The notes beneath the pieces are model-generated. The model did no database searches and had not been told where the DNA came from. It worked only from the letters and a program-made list of their open reading frames with translations. A program made the position numbers and the translations under genes. A stretch of DNA of 64,000 nucleotides, from assembly GCA_018825985.1 (NCBI GenBank), contig JAHKAP010000047.1, positions 2,719-66,718 of the forward strand. The letters run 5' to 3'. Of the stretch, positions 9,790 through 18,839 are shown in pieces. The stretch comes from Candidatus Omnitrophota bacterium. Lineage in GTDB: Bacteria > Omnitrophota > Gorgyraeia > Gygaellales > Profunditerraquicolaceae. Numbering within the stretch: position 1 is the stretch's first letter; the number at the start of each line of letters is the position of its first letter.

Positions 9790-9838
9790 TTGGGGTCAGA
9801 ATTATTTTTTTGTTAAAAAATAATTCTGACCCCATTTT
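9790..9838. repeat. Paired REP type A (GGGGTCAGAATTATTTTTTTGTTAAAAAATAATTCTGACCCC)
   Basis: Inverted pair with a 4-nt loop. Same core as the RAYT flanks. Confidence 0.8.
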
Positions 9839-9860
9839 AAAACGAAAGGGGATGATATTA

Positions 9861-10028
9861 GTGCCGGAAATCGAAATTAAGAAAGGCGAGTCTTTTGAAG
9901 GGGCGATGCGCCGTTTCAAGAGAAAGATCGAAGAAGAAGGGATTTTGAGGGAAGTTAGGGACCGTAAGCATTACGAAAAGCCCAGTGAGCGCAAAAGAAA
10001 GAAGATGAAGCAAAGCAAAAGAAGATAA
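9861..10028 (+). CDS. rpsU: 30S ribosomal protein bS21
   Basis: [27 protein letters not shown] aligns with the E. coli S21 N-terminus. A GTG start with an AAGGGGA SD is preferred over the ORF-track ATG at 9810, which lies inside the REP. Confidence 0.8.
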   Translation: MPEIEIKKGESFEGAMRRFKRKIEEEGILREVRDRKHYEKPSERKRKKMKQSKRR

Positions 10029-10942
10029 TGGGCTTGGCTCTTTCTAGTTCCTGGAATGCCTTTAGATATTCTAACGGCGTTCCATTGATCCAGGAGATAA
10101 AATCCTTAGGTTTTGATGAAGTAGAATTAAGCTTTAATCTTACCTCTTCAATGTTTAAGGATATCGAAGATCTAGTAAAAAAACGTTTTATACAAGTTAC
10201 CAGTCTGCACAATTATTGCCCTATACCGACGGGTTTAAAAAGGAAGAATGCTCTTCCTGATTATTATTCGCTTGCCTCAATAGACGGGCCGCAAAGAAAA
10301 AAAGCGGTTTTGGAGACCAAAAAAACAATTGATTCTGCTTCGCGGGTCAAGGCAAAGGCGGTAGTTTTGCATTGCGGGAGAGTGGAGATCCCCGACCCGA
10401 CCCGAGCTCTAATTGGCCTGTATAACCGCGGCTTAACGGGCACGGCTGAATTTTAGGATTTAAAAAAAGACGTCATCCGCAGGAGAAAGGCCAAGGCCGG
10501 GCCATTCCTGGAAAATACCCTGAAATCCCTGGGTGAGTTAAATAAATACGCTTTGAGTAAATCAATAAAGCTGGGTATTGAGACCCGTTTTTATTATCGC
10601 GAAATACCTTGTTTTGAAGAAATAGGCATAATTCTGGGTAAATTCCGGAATTCAAGCCTATTTTATTGGCACGATACCGGGCACGCCGAAGTTATGGATC
10701 GGTTAGGATTAGCCAGGCATATGGCATTTTTGGATTCATATTCCCCTGATTTATTGGGGATGCATCTTCATAATATCCAAGGTTGTATTGATCACCAGGC
10801 TCCTGTAGAAGGGGACTTTGATTTTAAATCTTTAAAGCCTTATCTTACGGGGGAAGCGATCAAAGTGATTGAGGCTCATCATCCGGCAACCCCTGAAGAT
10901 TTAATTGAGAGTAAAAAGCAACTAGAAGCATTATTTGGTTAA
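10028..10942 (+). pseudogene. Sugar phosphate isomerase/epimerase (xylose-isomerase-like TIM barrel) interrupted by an in-frame TAG at 10454-10456
   Basis: ORFs 10028-10456 and 10553-10942 are in the same frame. The translation is continuous across the TAG (…GTAEF*DLKKDV…GIETRFYY…WHDTGHAEV) and forms one single-domain protein. Confidence 0.55.
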
Positions 10943-11100
10943 ACACGAATATACATGAATTATCCCGGCCTTCACATAAGTGGTTCGGGATCCCGACCGG
11001 GTAAATGCGAATATCAGGACACACGAATGGACGCGAATTTATTCGTGTTAATTAGTGAGAGCTTTGAATTTTTAAGATTCAATAGCGAATTTTTGAGAAT

Positions 11101-11931
11101 TTGTGTATGATGGAAAAGAGCAGGATAAGAAAGGCTGTAGTCGCCGGGCAATTCTATCCTTCTTTAAAAGAAGATATTTTTAGCCAGATAGAGAGTTTTA
11201 TCGATAATAAGGCCGAGAAGTGCGATGGTTTAGCCTGTGTCCTGCCTCATGCCGGATATATGTATTCCGGTAAAGTGGCCGTAGAAACAATATCCCGGCT
11301 GAAGGTTAGAAAAAAAATCATTCTTTTAGGTCCTAACCATACCGGATACGGAGCGCGGTTCAGCCTGATGAGCGAAGGGGTTTGGATGACTCCTTTAGGG
11401 CAGGTAAAGATTGCTGAAGTCCTGGCCAAGGGGATGCTTTCAGGGTCAAAGTACCTAAAAAGCGATCATCTGGCTCATGACTATGAGCATTCTCTGGAAG
11501 TAGAATTGCCGATATTGCAGTATTTTAACCCTGATTTTGAGATTGTACCGGTAACCATTCTTTCTCAGGATAAAACAGCGTTAAAAGATCTGGGCCGGGA
11601 GATCGCCGAAGCGGTTAAAGTAAGCGATAATCCCAATGACATAATGATCATAGCTAGTTCTGATATGACCCATTATGAGCCGCAGAAGCAAGCTGAACAG
11701 AAAGATAAAGAGGCGATCGAGGCTATTTTAAGCCTGGATGAAGAGAGGCTTTTTGATAAGGTAAAAAGATTGAATATTACGATGTGCGGGTATGCCGCGG
11801 TGATAGTTATGTTAAGCGCCGTTAAATTGCTGGGGGCTAAGTCCGCAAAGCTGGTAAGTTATATGACCAGCGGCCAGGCCAGCGGTGATTATGAAAGCGT
11901 GGTAGGCTACGCCGGGATAATAATATCTTAA
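11101..11931 (+). CDS. Memo-like protein (second AmrB/MEMO1-family paralog)
   Basis: AGQFYP, VLPHAGYMYSG and SSDMTHYEP motifs. Stand-alone, no AMMECR1 domain. Confidence 0.75.
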   Translation: MCMMEKSRIRKAVVAGQFYPSLKEDIFSQIESFIDNKAEKCDGLACVLPHAGYMYSGKVAVETISRLKVRKKIILLGPNHTGYGARFSLMSEGVWMTPLGQVKIAEVLAKGMLSGSKYLKSDHLAHDYEHSLEVELPILQYFNPDFEIVPVTILSQDKTALKDLGREIAEAVKVSDNPNDIMIIASSDMTHYEPQKQAEQKDKEAIEAILSLDEERLFDKVKRLNITMCGYAAVIVMLSAVKLLGAKSAKLVSYMTSGQASGDYESVVGYAGIIIS

Positions 11932-11947
11932 AAGGAAGGTCGCTGAT

Positions 11948-12295
11948 ATGGACGAGAAAGAAAAAAACATCGATGAGAGCTGGAAGGAAACAGTAGCCAA
12001 AGAAAAAGAGTCTTTAAAAAAAGATAATGGTTTTGCCCCTCCTGAGCCGGACTTCTCCTTTTTTATCACTACTTTATCCCTGCAGGCCTCTATTGCCCTG
12101 GGAAAGATCCCTAATCCTGGGACCAACCAAAAAGAGAATAACCCTGAGCAGGCAAAATTCATAATTGATACCCTGGCGATGTTGAAAGAGAAAACCGCCG
12201 GTAATTTAAAAAAAGAAGAAGGCGAACTTTTAGAAAACCTGCTGTATGAATTGAGGATGGAGTATATATCCTTATCGAAAGAGAGGTTAAAATGA
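11948..12295 (+). CDS. DUF1844-family protein
   Basis: PEPDFSFFITTLSLQASIALG core, flanked by charged helical regions. Confidence 0.45.
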   Translation: MDEKEKNIDESWKETVAKEKESLKKDNGFAPPEPDFSFFITTLSLQASIALGKIPNPGTNQKENNPEQAKFIIDTLAMLKEKTAGNLKKEEGELLENLLYELRMEYISLSKERLK

Positions 12296-12444
12296 TCGAT
12301 AAAGAGCTGTTGGATATTTTGGCCTGCCCGGACTGCAAAGGTGATGTGGAGTTAAAAGAAGAAAAGATTGTTTGTAAGAAATGCGGCAAGAAATATCCTA
12401 TTAAAGACGGCATCCCGGTAATGTTGATTGACGAGGCCGAATGA
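12292..12444 (+). CDS. Trm112/YcaR-like (UPF0434) small zinc-ribbon protein, 50 aa. It is not in the supplied ORF track.
   Basis: [54 protein letters not shown] overlaps upstream, and its stop overlaps the aroQ start. Confidence 0.7.
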   Translation: MIDKELLDILACPDCKGDVELKEEKIVCKKCGKKYPIKDGIPVMLIDEAE

Positions 12445-12872
12445 TAAGAATATTAGTGATCCATGGCCCGAATTTAAATCTTCTCGGGGCAAGAGAACCC
12501 GAGGTCTACGGCCGGATAACCCTGAAAGCCATTAACCAGGCTTTAAAAAAAATGGCCGGTAAAAAGAAAGTTGGTTTGTCGATCATTCAGTCTAACCACG
12601 AAGGCGAAATAGTCGATAAAATCCACCAGGCCGGCAAAAAATTCCAGGGGATATTAATAAATCCCGCAGCTTATACCCATACGAGCGTAGCCATCAGGGA
12701 TTGCCTGGCCGGATGCGCTATTCCTACGGTTGAGGTCCATCTCTCCAATATTTATTTCCGGGAAGAATTTCGTCAAAAATCCTTGGTAACTCCTGTGGTG
12801 AAGGGTACGGTTATGGGTTTTGGCAAAAATAGCTATTTGCTGGGATTAGAGGCCCTCCTGGATATAATATAG
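12441..12872 (+). CDS. aroQ: 3-dehydroquinate dehydratase, type II
   Basis: [15 protein letters not shown] and [10 protein letters not shown] motifs. Confidence 0.9.
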   Translation: MIRILVIHGPNLNLLGAREPEVYGRITLKAINQALKKMAGKKKVGLSIIQSNHEGEIVDKIHQAGKKFQGILINPAAYTHTSVAIRDCLAGCAIPTVEVHLSNIYFREEFRQKSLVTPVVKGTVMGFGKNSYLLGLEALLDII

Positions 12873-12873
12873 A

Positions 12874-12943
12874 AAAATGGGGTCAGAATTATTTTTTCTC
12901 TGGTCTACTTTCTAAAAAAATAATTCTGACCCCATTTCTCAGA
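12874..12943. repeat. Paired REP type A
   Basis: AAAATGGGGTCAGAATTATTTTTT...AAAAAATAATTCTGACCCCATTT. It ends 6 nt before the pepP-like start. Confidence 0.8.
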
Positions 12944-12948
12944 GGTAT

Positions 12949-14010
12949 ATGAATAACAAAATAAAAGATATTTACCATAAATTAAAAGAAGAAGGCTTGG
13001 ATGCATTGCTGGTGTTATCGCCGGCTAATATTTCTTACCTGACGGGTTTTTTATCCAGAGATGCCCATCTATTAGTTTCTTCGAAAAAGAATATTTATTT
13101 TACCGACAGCCGTTATATCCAGGCAGTAAGAAAAAGTTTAAAAGGTTGCCTTCTTAAAGAGGCAGATTCTAACGGTTTTAAACACTTTATGGAGGCTTTT
13201 TATAAATTAGGTTTTAAGCGCCTTGGTTTTGAGAAAGAGCATTTATCGTTAGCGCTTTATCAGAAGCTCAGGAGAGAATCTGCCGGCAGGGGAATTACAT
13301 TGATCCCGGTCTGCGGAATCATAGAGGAGTTTAGGCAGATAAAAAATGAAGATGAACTGGAAAAGATTCGGTTTGCCTGCGGCATAGCCATAAAGGCTTT
13401 AAGGAATATAAAAGATTTTATTGCGCCCGGGAAAAGAGAGATAGAAGTGGCTGGAGAGCTGGAACGGTATCTGCGTTACGCAGGCGCATCCCGGGCCTCT
13501 TTTGATATAATAGTAGCCTCGGGGCCTAATTCCAGCCTTCCGCATCATATAACCGGCTCAAGGAAGATCAGAGATAATGAACCGGTGCTGGTGGATGTTG
13601 GGGCTGATTATTTGGGTTATAAATCTGACTTGACAAGGGTTTTCTTCTCAGGTAGAATAAACACTCTTTATAGAAAGATCCAGGATATAGTCCATAAAGC
13701 CCGGGATCTGGCCGTGCAAGAGATAAAACCCGGCAAGATCGCCCGGGATATTGATTTTCTGGCCCGTTCATTTATAGCTGAAAAAGGGTATGGGAAGTAT
13801 TTTTTCCATAGCCTGGGCCATGGGATAGGTTTAGAGGTCCACGAAGGCCTGAGCCTATCCCCTAAAAGCGATAATATTTTAAAATCCGGAATGGTATTAA
13901 CGGTTGAGCCGGCAATATACCTGCCTGATAAGTTCGGCTCAAGGGTTGAAGAGATGGTTTTAGTTACCAGGAAAGGATGCGAGGTGCTTAGTGGGGCTCT
14001 CGATAAATGA
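12949..14010 (+). CDS. M24 family Xaa-Pro aminopeptidase
   Basis: Creatinase-like N-terminal domain plus a pita-bread fold (HSLGHGIGLEVHE). Confidence 0.85.
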   Translation: MNNKIKDIYHKLKEEGLDALLVLSPANISYLTGFLSRDAHLLVSSKKNIYFTDSRYIQAVRKSLKGCLLKEADSNGFKHFMEAFYKLGFKRLGFEKEHLSLALYQKLRRESAGRGITLIPVCGIIEEFRQIKNEDELEKIRFACGIAIKALRNIKDFIAPGKREIEVAGELERYLRYAGASRASFDIIVASGPNSSLPHHITGSRKIRDNEPVLVDVGADYLGYKSDLTRVFFSGRINTLYRKIQDIVHKARDLAVQEIKPGKIARDIDFLARSFIAEKGYGKYFFHSLGHGIGLEVHEGLSLSPKSDNILKSGMVLTVEPAIYLPDKFGSRVEEMVLVTRKGCEVLSGALDK

Positions 14011-14560
14011 AATTAAAAACGGTTTAACTTTATTGATAGACAATGATGCATATGTAGTCATTGATTTTCAGCAGGTCAAGCCTGGAAAAGGCGCTGCTTT
14101 TGTCCGGGTTAAAATACGCAATCTTAAGACCGGAAATGTGCAGGAGAGGACTTTTCGGGGCGATGAAAAGATAGATGAGGCTTATATAGAGGAACGCAAA
14201 CTCCAGTATCTTTACCTCTCGGGAGAGATGTATCATTTTATGGATCAGGAGAATTATGAGGAATTGGCGATCTCCAAGGATGTTCTAGGAGAAAAGACCA
14301 GATTCCTTAAAGACAGTCTGGATATTATCGCCTATCAATATAAAGACGAGGTTTTAAACGTAAACCTCCCTAATTTCGTGGAGTTTGAGATTATTCATAC
14401 CGAACCGGGTATTAAAGGAGATACGGCTAAAAGCGGCACTAAACCCGCTGAGATTGAGACCGGGGCCAGTATTCAGGTTCCGCTTTTTATCAACACCGGA
14501 GACAGGATTAAAGTGGATACCCGATCCGGCAGTTATATTGAAAGGGCGTCCGGATCATAA
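13991..14560 (+). CDS. efp: Translation elongation factor P
   Basis: Matches EF-P over three OB domains (KPGKGAAFVRVKIRNLKTG). GTG start overlapping the pepP-like 3' end. Confidence 0.9.
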   Translation: MGLSINEIKNGLTLLIDNDAYVVIDFQQVKPGKGAAFVRVKIRNLKTGNVQERTFRGDEKIDEAYIEERKLQYLYLSGEMYHFMDQENYEELAISKDVLGEKTRFLKDSLDIIAYQYKDEVLNVNLPNFVEFEIIHTEPGIKGDTAKSGTKPAEIETGASIQVPLFINTGDRIKVDTRSGSYIERASGS

Positions 14561-14576
14561 CAAAGGGAGCTTGGGG

Positions 14577-14735
14577 TGAACCCAGCACCTTCTTTATAAA
14601 TCAGTAATTATAATACAACGCTTTAGTTTCGTTAATAAGAAAGAAGGTGCTGGATGAATCCCGCACCTTCCAAAAGATTAAATAACTTAAAGCGAACGGT
14701 TTTAATATCATTAATAAAAAGGAAGGTGCTGGATG
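14577..14735 (+). repeat. Two head-to-tail copies of an ~80-bp MITE-like element with 11-bp terminal inverted repeats (CCAGCACCTTC / GAAGGTGCTGG). Each copy ends in SD plus ATG; the second copy supplies the accB start.
   Basis: Copies at 14577-14656 and 14657-14735, plus a third copy at 24741-24820. The ends are conserved: GAAYCCMGCACCTTC … AATAARAARGAAGGTGCWRGRTG. Confidence 0.7.
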
Positions 14736-15194
14736 AATATCAAAGAAATTAAAGAGATGATCAATCTCATGAATGAAAACGAATTAGTGGAGCTGGAAGT
14801 TGAAAAAGAGGGTATGCGTATAAGGTTAAAGAAAACCACGGCTGAGACTCAAGGATATAACGGGCCGGTAGTCATAGATAGGCAAAAGATGCCTGAGGCA
14901 TCGCATCATAAAGAAACCGGCATTTCGGCAATTACCGAAAAACCCCAGATAAAAACAGTGGAAGTAAAGGCTCCGATGGTCGGGACTTTTTACCGCGCCC
15001 CTTCTCCGGAAGCGCCTCCTTATGCTGAAGTAGGCCAGGTTGTAGAGCCGGGCCAGGTGGTCTGTATTATCGAAGCTATGAAATTAATGAATGAGATTAA
15101 ATCTGAGATCCGGGGGAAGATCGTTGATATTCAGGTTGACAATGCCGAGCCGGTTGAGTTTGGCCAGCCGATGTTCATTATAGAACCTCTATAA
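14733..15194 (+). CDS. accB: Biotin carboxyl carrier protein of acetyl-CoA carboxylase
   Basis: Biotinyl-lysine motif EAMKLMNEI. Confidence 0.9.
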   Translation: MNIKEIKEMINLMNENELVELEVEKEGMRIRLKKTTAETQGYNGPVVIDRQKMPEASHHKETGISAITEKPQIKTVEVKAPMVGTFYRAPSPEAPPYAEVGQVVEPGQVVCIIEAMKLMNEIKSEIRGKIVDIQVDNAEPVEFGQPMFIIEPL

Positions 15195-15198
15195 AATA

Positions 15199-16560
15199 AT
15201 GTTTTCTAAAATATTAATAGCTAACCGCGGTGAAATAGCCCTAAGGATCATCAGGGCCTGTAAAGAATTGGGCATTCGTACGGTAGCGGTATATTCCCAG
15301 GCCGACAAGAATTCTCTGCACGTGCGTTTTGCGGATGAGGCGGTCTGCATAGGCCAGCCTGCCAGCAGTAAGAGTTATCTTAATATTCCTTCTATTATAA
15401 GCGCGGCTGAAATCACCGATGTGGAAGCGATCCATCCCGGATATGGTTTTTTAGCTGAAAATTCCCACTTTGCTGAAATATGCGAGTCCTGTAATATTAA
15501 ATTCATCGGCCCTACTGCGGAGAATATCCGGATGATGGGCGATAAAATGAACGCCCGCAACACGATGCAAAAGGCGGGTTTACCGATTATCCCGGGCAGT
15601 ACCGGTATCATAAAAAATAAAGATGAGGCGGTTAAAATCGCCAAAAGAATTGGTTATCCGGTGATCATTAAGGCTTCAGCCGGCGGCGGCGGCAAAGGGA
15701 TGCGTATTTGTCATAACGATATTACTCTGGCTTCCAGCTTTATGACTGCCCAGTCTGAGGCAGAGGTCAATTTCGGCAATCCGGCAGTATACATCGAAAA
15801 ATACCTGGAAAAACCACGGCATATTGAGATTCAAATCCTGGCTGATAATTACGGGCATGTCCTTCATTTAGGCGAGAGGGATTGTAGTATTCAAAGAAGG
15901 CACCAGAAATTGCTGGAAGAATCTCCTTCTTTAGCGGTTGATAGCAAATTGCGCAAGCGTTTAGGCGAATTAGCGGTAAAGGCGGCCAAGGCTCTGAATT
16001 ATTCTAATGTCGGGACTATGGAATTTCTTTTGGATAAACATAAGAATTTTTATTTTATGGAGATGAATACCCGGATCCAGGTTGAGCATTCGGTAACCGA
16101 GATGGTTACCGGCATCGATATGATTAAGGAGCAGATATACGTTGCTTCCGGAGGAAAACTTAAAATACGCCAGGATGATATTAAGTTTAAGGGCGCTGCT
16201 ATTGAATGCCGGATAAACGCCGAAGATTATGAAAATAATTTTATGCCGTCTCCCGGTAAAATAGAAACTCTTAATCTGCCCGGCGGGCCGGGGGTACGCG
16301 TGGATACCCATATTTATCCCGGATACGAAATTCCTACTTATTATGATTCTCTGATTGCGAAATTAATAGTCCACGGCAATAGCCGGGAAGAGGCGATCAT
16401 GATTATGCGCCGGGCCTTAAATGAGTTTATCATTGGTCCCATTAAGTCAACCGTAAACTTTCACATCCGTCTTTTGGACAATCCTTTGTTCTTGAAGGGC
16501 GATATATCCACGCATTTTGTGCAGGAGATGCTCGCTGAGGTATTTGAAAAAACAGAATAG
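15199..16560 (+). CDS. accC: Biotin carboxylase
   Basis: Matches AccC along its full length (ATP-grasp; [12 protein letters not shown]). Confidence 0.95.
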   Translation: MFSKILIANRGEIALRIIRACKELGIRTVAVYSQADKNSLHVRFADEAVCIGQPASSKSYLNIPSIISAAEITDVEAIHPGYGFLAENSHFAEICESCNIKFIGPTAENIRMMGDKMNARNTMQKAGLPIIPGSTGIIKNKDEAVKIAKRIGYPVIIKASAGGGGKGMRICHNDITLASSFMTAQSEAEVNFGNPAVYIEKYLEKPRHIEIQILADNYGHVLHLGERDCSIQRRHQKLLEESPSLAVDSKLRKRLGELAVKAAKALNYSNVGTMEFLLDKHKNFYFMEMNTRIQVEHSVTEMVTGIDMIKEQIYVASGGKLKIRQDDIKFKGAAIECRINAEDYENNFMPSPGKIETLNLPGGPGVRVDTHIYPGYEIPTYYDSLIAKLIVHGNSREEAIMIMRRALNEFIIGPIKSTVNFHIRLLDNPLFLKGDISTHFVQEMLAEVFEKTE

Positions 16561-16569
16561 GATTTATTT

Positions 16570-16926
16570 ATGTTAGATAGGCAGGATTCGCGCACAGATC
16601 TGGGCATAATCAGGATCCATAAGAATGCCATAGCATCGATTACTTCTATAGCTGCCAGCGAAATAGAAGGGGTAAGTTTCCTGGGAGAGAGTTTTAGATT
16701 TAGCTGGTGGTTATTGTTGCGCAAGAAAAAGGCCTGTTCGATCAGGGTAGAGATTGATAAGAATCAGGAATTAAAGATTACCATACCTCTGGTAGTAAAA
16801 TACGGGTTTAATATTCCCGATATAGCTTCAAGTGTCCAGGAGAATGTGCGGCAAGCGTTAGAAAATAGCACTAATCTCACTTTAAAAGATATAGATATCG
16901 TGGTCAAGGGCGTAAAGAAAGATTAA
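16570..16926 (+). CDS. Asp23/Gls24-family alkaline shock protein
   Basis: Asp23 domain signature (IRIHKNAIASITSIAASEIEGV … VKYGFNIPDIASSVQENV). Confidence 0.7.
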   Translation: MLDRQDSRTDLGIIRIHKNAIASITSIAASEIEGVSFLGESFRFSWWLLLRKKKACSIRVEIDKNQELKITIPLVVKYGFNIPDIASSVQENVRQALENSTNLTLKDIDIVVKGVKKD

Positions 16927-17042
16927 TCGTCCCGCTCCGCAAGAGGCGTCAAAAATTTTCCGTGAATTTTTGACTTGCTCCGCGGGATCTCACTAAATGT
17001 CCGCCTTAGGCGGACGTATTATAGGTGTTCGAGGAGGTATAC

Positions 17043-17651
17043 ATGAGAGTATTTACGGTGGTATTTTATACGATTGTACTTATATTAATCGGTATCAGTA
17101 TGGTATTGTTTTCTCTGGCGCTGACTTTTAATTTTCTGGATATTGAGAGTATAAGTAAGATCTTAGGCTACATTCATTCCAATATGAATATTCGGATCAT
17201 TCTCGGAGGGTCAGGGTTGGCCCTGGTGCTGATCAGTATTTCTTTTGCCCAGGTTGTCCTCGGCCGTTTCCAGCGCGAAAAAACAATCGCTTTTTCCACT
17301 GCCAGCGGTGAGGTCACCATCGCCCTTTCAGCTATCGAAGACCTGCTTAAACATTTTATTTTTATCCTGCCGGAGATCAAAGAATTAAAGCCGGATGTGA
17401 TCGCCGGAAAAAAGGGGATACTTGTTAACCTGAGGGTGGTTTTAAAATCCGAGGCTAACCTGCCGGAGCTGACAGCCCGGCTTCAGGAGATGACCCGGTC
17501 TAAGATTCAGGAAGTCCTAGGCGTGGAAGAGGAGATAATTACCAGGATACATATAGCCAAGATTATCTCCCGGGATGAAAAAGATAAAAAAAGAAAAGAG
17601 CTTGAGAAAGAAGAAACTACTATTCCCTTTGGTGGTTATGGTAGAGCTTAA
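17043..17651 (+). CDS. AmaP-like membrane anchor protein (two N-terminal TM helices plus an Asp23-like domain)
   Basis: Hydrophobic N-terminus and an Asp23-like C-terminal region. It neighbours the asp23 homolog. An ATG at 17043 with a GAGGAGG SD is preferred over 17025. Confidence 0.45.
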   Translation: MRVFTVVFYTIVLILIGISMVLFSLALTFNFLDIESISKILGYIHSNMNIRIILGGSGLALVLISISFAQVVLGRFQREKTIAFSTASGEVTIALSAIEDLLKHFIFILPEIKELKPDVIAGKKGILVNLRVVLKSEANLPELTARLQEMTRSKIQEVLGVEEEIITRIHIAKIISRDEKDKKRKELEKEETTIPFGGYGRA

Positions 17652-17668
17652 AAGGAGGAAATTCTAAT

Positions 17669-18697
17669 ATGAAGATCGGTATTCTTACGGGCGGCGGGGA
17701 TTGTCCCGGCCTGAACCCGGTAATCCGGGCAGTAGTGCGTAAAGCTCATTGTGAAGGTTATGAAGTAATTGGTTTTAAGAACGGCTGGAAGGGGCTTATT
17801 GAAAACGATACGCTAAAACTTGATCTTGGCGCGGTTTCCGGGATTCTGCCTAAGGGCGGGACTATCCTGGGCACCAGCAGGACTAATCCTTACAAAAAAG
17901 AAGGCGCGCTCGAGAAAGTAAAACAGAATTTTACCAAGATGGGTTTAGACGCCCTGGTTGCGGTGGGAGGCGAAGACACACTTGGCGTGGCTTCAAGATT
18001 AACCCGGGATGGCGTACCTAATATCGTCGGGGTTCCTAAGACCATTGATAATGATCTTTCTTGTACTGATTATACTTTTGGTTTCGATACTGCGGTCAAT
18101 ACCGTGATGGAGTGCATAGACCGGCTGCATACTACCGCTGAAAGCCATCATCGTATTATTGTGGCTGAGGTTATGGGCAGGCACGCGGGATGGATCGCGC
18201 TTGAAGCAGGATTGGCCGGAGGCGCGGATGTGATCCTTATCCCGGAAATTCCCATAGATATGGATGAGGTCTGCGCTATAATTAAAAAAAGGCACCAGAG
18301 AGGCAAAACTTTTAGTATCGTAGTTGTTGCCGAAGGCGCTCAATTTAAAGATAAGGATATGGTTACTCAGGAAGAGAAACTGGATGAGTTTGGCCATGTG
18401 CGATTAGGAGGTATAGGCGAATTCTTAGGGGGAGAGATCGAGAAGCGCACCGGTTATGAGACCAGGATCAGCGTGCTTGGACATATTCAAAGAGGCGGTT
18501 CTCCTACTGCTTTTGACCGGGTCTTAGGCACTCGGTTCGGGGTAAAGGCTGTTGAATTGATCAAAAATAAAAAATTCGGCAGGATGGTTGCCTTGGCGGG
18601 GAATAAGATAGTTGACTTTCCTTTGGAAGAGGCAGTCAAGGCTTTAAAAACCGTGGATCAGGAGCTATATGATATAGCTAAAGTATTTTCCGGGTGA
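17669..18697 (+). CDS. pfp: 6-phosphofructokinase with PPi-dependent signature residues
   Basis: PFK-A family. GGEDT (Asp at E. coli position 104) and PKTIDND (Lys at position 124) are the PPi-type determinants. Confidence 0.75.
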   Translation: MKIGILTGGGDCPGLNPVIRAVVRKAHCEGYEVIGFKNGWKGLIENDTLKLDLGAVSGILPKGGTILGTSRTNPYKKEGALEKVKQNFTKMGLDALVAVGGEDTLGVASRLTRDGVPNIVGVPKTIDNDLSCTDYTFGFDTAVNTVMECIDRLHTTAESHHRIIVAEVMGRHAGWIALEAGLAGGADVILIPEIPIDMDEVCAIIKKRHQRGKTFSIVVVAEGAQFKDKDMVTQEEKLDEFGHVRLGGIGEFLGGEIEKRTGYETRISVLGHIQRGGSPTAFDRVLGTRFGVKAVELIKNKKFGRMVALAGNKIVDFPLEEAVKALKTVDQELYDIAKVFSG

Positions 18698-18839
18698 AAG
18701 AGAAATTAAAAAGCTATTTATTTATATGATTCCAGAGATTAAAAGGCAGATTCCAGAGATTTTGTTTTAATCGTTGTAATCTTCCTAAGAATCGCTGTAA
18801 TCAGGTATAAACCATAGAATTATTTTCTAGGAGAATACC

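Noticed and set aside
9810-10028. The ATG at 9810 as the rpsU start
   Set aside because: It lies inside the REP hairpin and adds 17 residues absent from S21 proteins. GTG 9861 gives an N-terminus ([10 protein letters not shown]) matching the E. coli S21 N-terminus, with an SD 8 nt upstream.
10454-10456. TAG reassigned as a sense codon (genetic-code change)
   Set aside because: TAG is the terminator of several intact, well-conserved genes in this window (2209-2874, recO, glyQS), so global recoding is unlikely.
18698-18839. A TPP or other riboswitch in the gmhA upstream region
   Set aside because: It contains only short direct repeats (AGATTCCAGAGATT x2, CGYTGTAATC x2) and no recognisable riboswitch core.
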